Source: Myxococcota bacterium
GTDB taxonomy: Bacteria; Myxococcota_A; Polyangia; Nannocystales; Nannocystaceae
DNA: 62,059 nucleotides
NCBI GenBank assembly: GCA_039028615.1
Contig: JBCCHT010000059.1
Coordinates: forward strand, 1-62,059
Direction: 5' to 3'
The translations under genes and the position numbers were made by a program. Below the pieces are notes generated by a model, which searched no databases, was not told the origin of the DNA, and saw only the letters and a list, made by a program, of their open reading frames with translations. Every line of letters begins with the position of its first letter. Within the stretch, counting starts at the first letter, position 1. Shown here one piece after another: positions 49,075 to 57,380 of the stretch.

Positions 49075-52000
49075 CTACAGCAGCGACGTCAGGCCACAGT
49101 CCCCCACCCCGTCGCAACCGGCACAGTCCCAACGGAAGTTGTCGATGAGCACGGCGGTGGTGAAGGCATCGTCGGCCACGTCCGCGAGGAAGAAGCTCAC
49201 GGTGATGGTCTCGCCGGGGATGACCGAGGCGAGCACCGAGCGCCAGCCGGTCGCGCCGTGGTCCTCGAAGCCGGTCCCCACCAGCAGCGGATCGGCGCCC
49301 GTGATCGACATCTCCCCCGCGTTGGCCAGCTCGGTGATGGTGAAGGGCGTGCCGTCCTGCGTGACGGCGACGTTGCCCGTGAAGCTCCCGCTGTCGACCC
49401 ACACGACGAAGATGTCGTTGAACTGAGTGTCGACGTATTCGGGATACTCGCCCGAGAAGTAGGCGAAGTCGAAGCGGAAGCCGTCGACGCCCTCGGGCAC
49501 GGTGAGGGTGACCTCCATGTGCACTTGGTCGTTGAGGCCCAGCCCGGTCAGGCCGAGGCCCGCCAGCGAGTCCGCGCAGTCGTTGACGCCGTCGCAGCCC
49601 TCGAAGGGCGTGCCTCCGGCCCCGCCGTTGCTGCCCTCGGTCTCCGTGATCGGAGCCGGGTACGGGCCGCCGTCGGGGTTGCTGGTGGGATCGCCCCCGG
49701 CCTGGCTCGAGGCCGGCTCCACGACCACGCCGCTGCCGTCGGGCGGGGTGATGGCCCCCGTGCTGAGCAGCAGCATGTTGTTGCCCCCGTTGTGCTGTGC
49801 ATCGGGGTTCTGCGCGTCGGGACGCGGCGACCAGATCCCCACCGCCGGATTGGCGGGATCGGGCGCCGACCCGTACTGATTGATGATCGCCCAGGTCCCC
49901 GCGTCGGTGACGTTGAAGACGCTGTTGTCGAGCACCATCGACTCGTCGTCGTTCCCCGAGCAGCCCAAGCCCACGGCCTGGAACGCGTCCCCGGCCGGAG
50001 CTCCGGCCGTGCCGTCACACTGCAGGTAGGCGATGGGAGCCAGGCACGTGCAGTCGGCGAACCCGGGATCGTCGTCGTCACAGTCGAGCCCGGAGGTGAC
50101 CCCCGAAGGCGGATCGGTGTCGCCGTAGCCGTCACCGTCGTCGTCGTTGAAGCACCCGAGCGGATCCGCCTCGTTGGCTGCCGCCCCCGGGAAGGTGGTC
50201 ACGCTGCCGTCATCGCAGTCCGTGCCCGCGTCCACGCCCGCGGCCACGGCGTCCGAGCCGTAGCCGTCACCATCCGAGTCGAGGGTGCACAGGCCGGGCT
50301 CGGCCGTGGCTGCCCCCGGGAAGGTGGCCGCCGACCCGTCGTCGCAGTCGCTGCCGTCTTGCGCCCCCGTGACCGACCCGGAGATCGAGTCGTCGCCGTA
50401 GCCGTCGTCGTCCGCATCGGCCGTGCACAGCCCCGGCTCGAGGTCGGCCGCCCCCGGGAAGACGAGCGCGCTGCTGTCCCCACAGTCGGTGCCTGCCGTC
50501 ACGCCCGCGGGCGGGCTCGAGTCACCGTAGTCGTCGCCGTCGGCGTCCATCATGCACGCGGCGGGATCGTCGAGGGGCGCCACGCCGGGCCCGGCAAAGG
50601 CCGAGCTGTCGTCGCAGTCCGCCCCCGCGTCGGCCCCCGCGGGCGGCGAGGTCGGGCCATACCCGTCCCCGTCCGCGTCGACCGTGCACGCGCCGGGCTC
50701 GTTGGCTGCCGCCCCCGGATACACCGCAGAGTCGGAATCGACGCAGTCCTGGTCGTTGGTCACCCAGTCCGGCCCCGGAGCGTCGGCCGACAGCTCGCAG
50801 GTCGAGCCACCGAAGCCGTCGCCGTCGGAATCGAGGCACCACTGCCCGCAGATGGTCACCAGCGGGTTGTCGTCCTCGCAGTCCTGCCCGGAGAGGACCC
50901 CGGCGGGTGCGCCCGAGTCACCGTAGCCATCGAGGTCGGCGTCGGCCATGCACGCCGCCGCGTCTTCGATCTCGGCCGCGCCGGGATGGGTCGTGTCGAT
51001 CCCGTCGTCACAGTCCGTGCCCGCGGTCACCTGCGGCGGAGGAGCGTCGTCACCCCAGCCGTCTTCGTCGGCGTCGAGGGTGCATGCGGTGGCCAGGGGC
51101 CCCGCTTCGGCCTCCGCCGCTCCCGGGAACGCCAGCGCCAAGTCGTCGGCACAGTCGGCCCCGTCCTGGGCGCCCGGGTAGGTCGCCGAAGCATTGGCGT
51201 CGCCGTAGCCGTCCCCGTCGGCATCGACCGTGCAAAGCGTCAGCTCGTTGGCCGCGGCGCTCGGGAACACGCCCGGGTTGGAGTCGACGCAGTCCGTACC
51301 GGGATTGACCCCCGGAGCGGGACTCAGGTCGCCCCAGCCGTCGTCGTCGTCGTCGTTCATGCACAGCTCGGCGTCGTCGAGCTCGGCCGCCCCCGGGAAC
51401 GTGGTCAGCGAACCGTCGTCGCAGTCGCTGCCCGGGTCTGCACCCGGCGGCGGCGTGCCGTCGCCGAACCCGTCGCCATCGCCGTCCACCGTGCACAGCG
51501 CGGGCTCGTTGGCGGCCGCGCCCGGGTACACGGTGATGTCGGTGTCGATGCAATCGATGTTGTTGTTCACCCACTGCGGGCCGGGAGACGTCCCGGACAG
51601 GTTGCAGTTGCCCGGGTCGCCAAAGCCGTCCCCGTCGTCGTCGAAGCACCACTGGCCGCAGATGGTCACCAGCGGGTTGCCGTCCTCGCAGTCCTGCCCC
51701 GACGCGACTCCGGCCGGAGGCGCGGCCTCGCCATAGCCGTCGAGGTCTTCGTCGGCCATGCACGCGTCGGCATCGTCCAGCTCCGCCGCCCCCGGGTGGG
51801 TGTTGACCGAGCCGTCGTTGCAGTCTGTGCCGGACAGGATCGCCCCGGGCGGGTCGTCGTCGCCGTAGCCGTCTTCATCGGCATCGAGCAAACACTCGGC
51901 CGCCAGCGGCATGTCCTCGAGCTCGGCCGCCCCCGGGTAGGCCAGGGCCCGCGTATCGTCACAGTCGCCGCCCGCATCGGCACCGGGCGGTGGCGTGGCG

Positions 52001-53145
52001 GATCCGAAGCCGTCGCCGTCCACGTCGATGGTGCACAGGCCCGGCTCGTTGGCGGCCGCTCCGGGGTAGATCGCCGGGTCGGAGTCGATGCAGTCGGTGC
52101 CGTCCTCGATCAGCGGATCGATGATGCTCGCCGAGGCATCGCCCCAGCCGTCGCCGTCGGCGTCCACCGTGCACAGCGTGTCCTCGTTGGTCGCCGCGCC
52201 CGGGAACGCATGCGGGTTGGCATCGGTACAGTCGCTGCCCACGTCGGCGCCGGCCGGCGGGGTGCTCGAGCCCCAGCCATCACCGTCGGCGTCCACCGTG
52301 CACAGAAGCGGCTCGTGAATGGCCGCGCCCGGGTACACGCCCGCGTCGGTGTCGATGCAGTCGTCGTCGTTGTCGACGTGGTCGTCGCTCGGCGGAACGT
52401 CGCCCCCGGGCACACAATCGAGCGGATCGCCGAAGCCATCGCCGTCGGTATCGGTACACCACACGTTGTGGCACCCGAACAGCTCGGGGTCCTGGTCGGC
52501 ACAGTCGTCGCCCGGATCGACCCCCGGCGGCGGCTCGTTGTCCCCCCAGCCATCGTCGTCGTCGTCCTTGGTGCACGCGTCGGCGTCCTCGTTCTCGGCC
52601 GCCCCCGGGTGGGTAGTGTTCGAGTCGTCGTCACAGTCGTGCCCGGCCGTGACCGCCGCGGGTGTGTCGTCATCGCCCCACCCGTCGTCGTCGTCGTCGT
52701 TCATGCAGGCCGCGGCATCGTCCAGTTCGGCTGCCCCCGGGAAGGTGGTGTCCGAGGCGTCGTCGCAGTCGTCGTCGTTGTCGACATAGCCTGGCGGGGG
52801 CATGCCGTCGTCGACCGTGATCGACTCGTTCGGATCACCGAAGCCGTCGGAATCCGCATCGAGGAACCACAGCTCCTCGGGTTCGGGCTCGGGCTCCCCC
52901 GTGCCGGACCCATCGCCGGCCGATTCGGTATCGTCCGCCCCGCCCGTGGAGTCTCCGCCCCCGGATTCGTCCATCGCGCTGCCGTCGTCCGAGCCATCGT
53001 CCTCCGCGGCGGGCTGAGCCACACAATCGGTGCCGATCTGGCCCAAGCCATCGTCCAGGCAAGGGTCGCCACAGCCGACCGCCGTACACACGGGGACGAA
53101 CAGGCCGAAGCTGGTCACCAAACGTCGAATTCGATTCATGTCCAT
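49075..53145 (-). CDS. Large Asp/Cys-repeat lipoprotein (putative metal-binding repeats) with C-terminal choice-of-anchor-L-like domain
   Basis: AVGC lipobox; 21 DxDxDG[FWY]G...DCxD...PGAA units; C-terminal LLLSTG, FSGEYPEYVDTQFNDIF, GATGW, VLIDNFRW; GGAG SD. Confidence 0.88.
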   Translation of the reverse strand: MDMNRIRRLVTSFGLFVPVCTAVGCGDPCLDDGLGQIGTDCVAQPAAEDDGSDDGSAMDESGGGDSTGGADDTESAGDGSGTGEPEPEPEELWFLDADSDGFGDPNESITVDDGMPPPGYVDNDDDCDDASDTTFPGAAELDDAAACMNDDDDDGWGDDDTPAAVTAGHDCDDDSNTTHPGAAENEDADACTKDDDDDGWGDNEPPPGVDPGDDCADQDPELFGCHNVWCTDTDGDGFGDPLDCVPGGDVPPSDDHVDNDDDCIDTDAGVYPGAAIHEPLLCTVDADGDGWGSSTPPAGADVGSDCTDANPHAFPGAATNEDTLCTVDADGDGWGDASASIIDPLIEDGTDCIDSDPAIYPGAAANEPGLCTIDVDGDGFGSATPPPGADAGGDCDDTRALAYPGAAELEDMPLAAECLLDADEDGYGDDDPPGAILSGTDCNDGSVNTHPGAAELDDADACMADEDLDGYGEAAPPAGVASGQDCEDGNPLVTICGQWCFDDDGDGFGDPGNCNLSGTSPGPQWVNNNIDCIDTDITVYPGAAANEPALCTVDGDGDGFGDGTPPPGADPGSDCDDGSLTTFPGAAELDDAELCMNDDDDDGWGDLSPAPGVNPGTDCVDSNPGVFPSAAANELTLCTVDADGDGYGDANASATYPGAQDGADCADDLALAFPGAAEAEAGPLATACTLDADEDGWGDDAPPPQVTAGTDCDDGIDTTHPGAAEIEDAAACMADADLDGYGDSGAPAGVLSGQDCEDDNPLVTICGQWCLDSDGDGFGGSTCELSADAPGPDWVTNDQDCVDSDSAVYPGAAANEPGACTVDADGDGYGPTSPPAGADAGADCDDSSAFAGPGVAPLDDPAACMMDADGDDYGDSSPPAGVTAGTDCGDSSALVFPGAADLEPGLCTADADDDGYGDDSISGSVTGAQDGSDCDDGSAATFPGAATAEPGLCTLDSDGDGYGSDAVAAGVDAGTDCDDGSVTTFPGAAANEADPLGCFNDDDGDGYGDTDPPSGVTSGLDCDDDDPGFADCTCLAPIAYLQCDGTAGAPAGDAFQAVGLGCSGNDDESMVLDNSVFNVTDAGTWAIINQYGSAPDPANPAVGIWSPRPDAQNPDAQHNGGNNMLLLSTGAITPPDGSGVVVEPASSQAGGDPTSNPDGGPYPAPITETEGSNGGAGGTPFEGCDGVNDCADSLAGLGLTGLGLNDQVHMEVTLTVPEGVDGFRFDFAYFSGEYPEYVDTQFNDIFVVWVDSGSFTGNVAVTQDGTPFTITELANAGEMSITGADPLLVGTGFEDHGATGWRSVLASVIPGETITVSFFLADVADDAFTTAVLIDNFRWDCAGCDGVGDCGLTSLL

Positions 53146-53163
53146 GGTCTTCGTCTCCTATTG

Positions 53164-54648
53164 CTATTGCGCGTCACCGCTGACGTTGGTGTTGGTGCCG
53201 AGCACCTTGAATTCGATGCGACGGTTGAGCGACCGTCCGCGCTTGTCGTCGTTGCTGGCGATCGGTCGATCGGGCCCGACCCCGCGCGTCTCGAGGCGGG
53301 AGGCATCGATGCCCTGGGCGACCAAGAAGTCACGCACCGCTTCGGCGCGGCGGCGGCTGAGGTCGAGGTTGTGCTTGCGTCCACCGACGGCGTCGGTGTG
53401 ACCGCTGATCTCCAGCCGAATGTCCGGGAAGTCCTTCATCACCGCCGCCGCCTTCTTCAGCCGGGGCAGCGAGCGCGGCAGGATGCGGGCCTTGTTGGTC
53501 TGGAATCGAATGCCCTCGATCACCCCGCTGAACTCGGCCAGCGCTTCCGGCAGCTCGTCGGGGCAGCCGTCGCCGTCTTCGAACCCATTGGCGGTCTCCG
53601 GCTGCTCGATGCACTGATCGTCGGGATCGAACAGGCCGTCGCCATCCGTATCGAGGACCGGGCACCCGCTCGGCGCGGGGCCGGCCTCGTCCACACACTG
53701 GTCGTCCGGGTCGAACAACCCGTCGCCGTCCGTGTCGACCATCGGGCAGCCATCGGGCGCGACGCCGACCTCGGTGACGCAGCTGTCCTCGGTGTCGAGG
53801 AATCCGTCGCCGTCCGTGTCGCGGACCGGGCACCCGCTCGGGGCGATGCCGGGCTCGTTCACGCACTGGTCATCGGGGTCGAAGAACCCGTCCCCATCGG
53901 TGTCCACGGGCTCGGGTTCGGCCGGGCGCGAGCGGCCCAGGGTCATCGACACGCCGAGCAGCGCCTCGAGGTTGTGGTCCCGAAAGCCGAGCTCCACGCC
54001 CCGCTGATTGCCCACCACGTCGCGCACGTCGAGCCGAATCTGGGTCGTGCGACTCAGGTACATCTTCACGCCGCCGCCGAAGTGAACCGACGGATCGACA
54101 TCGTTGCCCACCGCCGCGCGCGAGCTGCTGACCCCGAAGGCCCCCACGCCCACGAGCGCGAACGGGGTGATGCTCCAGCGTCCGAGCTGCCCCACCACGC
54201 TGCCGCGCACGTTCCACAGGGTGGCCCGCTGGGCATCGGTGGTCTCGGTCGGGACCGCGCCGCCCTCCGCCTCGAAGCCGTAGTAGCGGCCCGGGTAGAA
54301 GCCCGCCCGGCCTCCGATCTCGGGCGCCACGTCGGCGAACTCCTTGAACCCCTGGTCGGGCAGATCCATGCTCGGCTCGAACAGCTCGTGCCGGGATCCG
54401 GTGTAGAAGACCCCGGCAAAGGCCCCCAGCTCCCCCATGTTGCGCTCCGGGGCCCACCGGTGAATCCACCGGTCGTCGTCCCCTCGCGACGGCCGAGCGA
54501 GGCCCTCGTCCGTGGTGGACGACGGCGAAGGCGTCGTCACGGCCACGGCCGGGTCGTCCACGGTCGCACTCTCGGCCTCGGTGTCGTCCCCCTCGGCCAC
54601 GAACCCAGCAATGGGCCAGATCAACAAAAACTCCAGCGGTATCGTCAT
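53164..54648 (-). CDS. OmpA family protein: beta-barrel + TSP3-like repeats + peptidoglycan-binding domain
   Basis: Amphipathic strands (PFALVGVG, HFGGGVK, IRLDVRD), four DTDGDGxxDxxDxC units, ISGHTD, NLDLSRRRAEAV, NRRIEF; GAGGGAGG SD. Confidence 0.92.
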   Translation of the reverse strand: MTIPLEFLLIWPIAGFVAEGDDTEAESATVDDPAVAVTTPSPSSTTDEGLARPSRGDDDRWIHRWAPERNMGELGAFAGVFYTGSRHELFEPSMDLPDQGFKEFADVAPEIGGRAGFYPGRYYGFEAEGGAVPTETTDAQRATLWNVRGSVVGQLGRWSITPFALVGVGAFGVSSSRAAVGNDVDPSVHFGGGVKMYLSRTTQIRLDVRDVVGNQRGVELGFRDHNLEALLGVSMTLGRSRPAEPEPVDTDGDGFFDPDDQCVNEPGIAPSGCPVRDTDGDGFLDTEDSCVTEVGVAPDGCPMVDTDGDGLFDPDDQCVDEAGPAPSGCPVLDTDGDGLFDPDDQCIEQPETANGFEDGDGCPDELPEALAEFSGVIEGIRFQTNKARILPRSLPRLKKAAAVMKDFPDIRLEISGHTDAVGGRKHNLDLSRRRAEAVRDFLVAQGIDASRLETRGVGPDRPIASNDDKRGRSLNRRIEFKVLGTNTNVSGDAQ

Positions 54649-54881
54649 CTCGCTTCCCTCCCTCGGTGCGAATTGCTCCGGCGGTCGGGCCCACATGTCG
54701 CCTCGCCACCGCGCCGCCATCCACCGATGACCGACCCGACGACGGGCGAATGCGAGACCTCGCAGTCCCCATGCGCACGCCAAATAAGCGCCAATGGGCC
54801 AGTGTCACACTGGTCCACGGAGCCCGAACGAACAGGCCCCACCCCCGAATTCTTCGACCAATGTCACGCTATCCCAATCAC

Positions 54882-54907
54882 CCAGGGGCGTCACCTGTCA
54901 GATGTAC
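54882..54907 (-). promoter_or_regulatory. Shared regulatory box upstream of the ompA operon
   Basis: Minus strand GTACATCTGACAGGTGACGCCCCTGG, followed by -10-like TAGCGT at 54871-54866. Confidence 0.65.
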
Positions 54908-54959
54908 TAGTTCTTCTACCTGTGCCCGAGGGGCAAGACGCCCCATCCCCCTCGAGCCC

Positions 54960-55577
54960 TCACTCTTGGTCGTCCAAGCTCATCGAGTGCGCATAGCGAA
55001 TGAGCGCCGCGTTGGACTCGATCCCCAGCACCTCCATCACGCGATACTTGTGGAACGCCACCGTTCTCGCGCTGATGTTCAGCTTCTGGCCGACCTCCGG
55101 CATCGTCAGTCCCTGCCCCAATAGCCGCAGGACTTGAAGCTGCCGGGTGGTCAGCTTGGCCGCCGCCAAGTCCTCGGTGCCCTCGGGCCGCAACCCCGGA
55201 CCTATATACGTTCCGCCCTCCAGGGCCTTTTGCACCGCCACCACGAGCTGCCGCGGTGCCTCGGTCTTGAGCACGTAGCCGCTCGCCCCGATCTGCAGCG
55301 CCTGCCGGGCCATCGCCGGATCGTGCTTCATCGTCACCAGCACGATCTTGGTCTCCGGGGAGATCCGCCGAATCCGCCCCGCCGCCGCGAGGCCGTCGAG
55401 CTGCGGCATGGAGATGTCGCTGACCACCACGTCGGGCTTGGACCGCTCCACCTCTTCGACCAGCGCCAGGCCATCGTCGACCCGCGCGATGATGTCGAAG
55501 TGGGGTAGGAGCACGACCGCCAGCCCCTCGAGCATCAGCCCGTGGTCGTCGGCCAGGACCAGGCGAGCCCGGCTCAT
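54960..55577 (-). CDS. NarL/FixJ family response regulator (REC + LuxR HTH)
   Basis: LADDH, DISMPQLDG, GYVLK, LTTRQLQVL, ISARTVAFHK; ATGA overlap with the kinase stop. Confidence 0.95.
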   Translation of the reverse strand: MSRARLVLADDHGLMLEGLAVVLLPHFDIIARVDDGLALVEEVERSKPDVVVSDISMPQLDGLAAAGRIRRISPETKIVLVTMKHDPAMARQALQIGASGYVLKTEAPRQLVVAVQKALEGGTYIGPGLRPEGTEDLAAAKLTTRQLQVLRLLGQGLTMPEVGQKLNISARTVAFHKYRVMEVLGIESNAALIRYAHSMSLDDQE

Positions 55578-57184
55578 GCGGGCTGCTCCGCCCGTTGTTG
55601 CGTCACCCCGGCCACGATCTGTGTCCCTTCCCCGCGCTCGGTGAGGATCTCGACCGTACCTCCCACCAGTCGCATGCGCTCCTTCATGCCCAAAAGGCCC
55701 AAGCCTCCGTCGCGGTCGAGCTCCTCGAGGCTGAAGCCCATGCCGTCGTCGGTCACGCTGACCCAGGTGCGCCGCCCACTGCTCCCCACCCCCACCTTGA
55801 TGTGGGTGGCCTTGGCGTGGCGGAGCGCATTGCTGAGCGACTCCTGCACCACGCGAAACAGCGCGAGCTCGGCCTGAGGCTCCAGCTCGTCCAGGGGCTC
55901 TTCGGGCTCGCCTTCGAATTCCACGTCGATCTCGGCGAGCATCGAGCATCGTCGACTCAGCGACGCCAGCGAGCTGGCCAGCCCCAGCCGACGCAGATCG
56001 GCCGGATGCAGGGTGTGGCTCAGGTCGCGCACGATGAGGCCCACCTCGGACAGCTGCTCCAGGGCCTCCTCGACCGCCTCGTCGAAGGGAGGGCTCGCCT
56101 CCGCCGCGCGCGCCCGGATGTGGTCCAGGCGCAAGGTGAGCGCGGCCACGCGCTGCCCCAGGTCGTCGTGCAGCTCTCGACCGAGGCGGGCCCGCTCGTC
56201 TTCCTGGGCCTGCACCAGCCGACGGTTGGTCCGCTCGAGGGCATCGTTCGCCAGCTTTCGATCGGTGATGTCGTGGACGACCCCGTGCGCCACGCTCGGC
56301 GCCCCTTGGCGATCGACGGTGACCTCGCCCCAGCATCGATACCAGCGCATGCGGAGGTCTCGGTGCACGACCCGACACTCGATCGGATCGAGCGAAGACC
56401 CGGTCAGCAGGGCATCGACGTGGGCCTGGAAGTCGTCTCGGTCGTCGCCGTGCACCCGCGACACGAGCTGGTCTTCATCCAGCTCCGCGCGGGGGTCGAG
56501 CTGAAACGCCCGCACCAGCTCGGCCGAGCAGTGCATCGAGCGCGTGGCCGAGTCCCGCCGCCAGTGGCCGATGCCCGCAATCCGCTGCGTGTGCTCGTGC
56601 TCGGATCGTTCTCGCTCCAAGCGCTCGCGATCGTGCAGCCGTCGCAGGTTCATGGCCAGCGTGTGCTCGAGCAGCTCGAGGTCGGCGATGAAGCTGCGCG
56701 GCCACGCGAAGTGGCTACGAATTCCATCGAAGACATGGGCACCCACCGTGCTCCCGGCCACGCGCAAGGGCAGCACGAGCAGCGACTTTTGGTGGAAGCT
56801 CCGAATCAGCCGCACGTCCTCGGGCGCCGACTCGTCGCGGGTCTCGATGCGCTCGAGCCGAGTCTGCTGCCCCCGAAGCGTGCGCTCCACCAGCTGCGAG
56901 CGCCCCGACGGCAGCTCGGCCTCGGGCACCCGCGGCACGCCGTCGTCGCTCCAGGTGGCCACCACCCGAAACCCCCGTCGGTTCGGCGTGGTGGAGTAGA
57001 CCGTGGTGCGGTCGACTCCGAGCCGCGTCCCCAGGCTCCCGAGCAGCGCTCGCAATGCGGTGGGAACTTGGCTCTCGATGACGTCATTGAGTCGCGAGGA
57101 GAACCGCGCGGCAAGCTCACATAGCTCGGAACGGCTCCATGTGGGGCGCTTGAGCGCACCACGTTCGGCATCGACACGACTCAT
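55574..57184 (-). CDS. Cytoplasmic sensor histidine kinase (GAF-PAS-HisKA_3-HATPase)
   Basis: GAF (LGVDRTTV, KSLLVLPL), PAS/PAC (IGHW, VHGDDR, HDITDRK), ERARLGRELHDDLGQ, QESLSNALRHA, DDGMGF, GLGLLGMKER; no TM. ORF extends to 57220. Confidence 0.93.
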   Translation of the reverse strand: MSRVDAERGALKRPTWSRSELCELAARFSSRLNDVIESQVPTALRALLGSLGTRLGVDRTTVYSTTPNRRGFRVVATWSDDGVPRVPEAELPSGRSQLVERTLRGQQTRLERIETRDESAPEDVRLIRSFHQKSLLVLPLRVAGSTVGAHVFDGIRSHFAWPRSFIADLELLEHTLAMNLRRLHDRERLERERSEHEHTQRIAGIGHWRRDSATRSMHCSAELVRAFQLDPRAELDEDQLVSRVHGDDRDDFQAHVDALLTGSSLDPIECRVVHRDLRMRWYRCWGEVTVDRQGAPSVAHGVVHDITDRKLANDALERTNRRLVQAQEDERARLGRELHDDLGQRVAALTLRLDHIRARAAEASPPFDEAVEEALEQLSEVGLIVRDLSHTLHPADLRRLGLASSLASLSRRCSMLAEIDVEFEGEPEEPLDELEPQAELALFRVVQESLSNALRHAKATHIKVGVGSSGRRTWVSVTDDGMGFSLEELDRDGGLGLLGMKERMRLVGGTVEILTERGEGTQIVAGVTQQRAEQPA

Positions 57185-57350
57185 CGAAATTGCGGACGCC
57201 GAATCTCGGCGTGGCCGCATATGATCATAGGCGACGTGTACCGCAGCCGTCCTTAACCGCTCACTTCGCGGCAGTGGCCCAATTTGGTGGTAGGCCGTCG
57301 ACCGACATCGGCATCATCGGGTCACTTCATCGAGTGATGGCTCGATGCCG

Positions 57351-57372
57351 CGCATCGTCGGTCGACGATGCG
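57351..57372. terminator. Hairpin just downstream of gltX
   Basis: CGCATCGTCG-GT-CGACGATGCG perfect inverted repeat; no clear U-tract. Confidence 0.4.
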
Positions 57373-57380
57373 TCGCGCAC

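Noticed and set aside
50060..52870. CRISPR array
   Set aside because: The repeats are degenerate, in frame and protein-coding; there are no constant repeats with unique spacers and no cas genes.
49075..54648. True traAB orthologues
   Set aside because: Gene order is reversed, and the large protein has a lipobox and no MYXO-CTERM or recognisable TraA PA14-like domain; kept only as an analogy.
49066..54996. 1976-aa plus-strand ORF
   Set aside because: Antisense shadow of the repeat lipoprotein and ompA genes; no motifs.
46063..57184. Integrative mobile element or prophage
   Set aside because: No integrase, transposase or att-like direct repeats seen.
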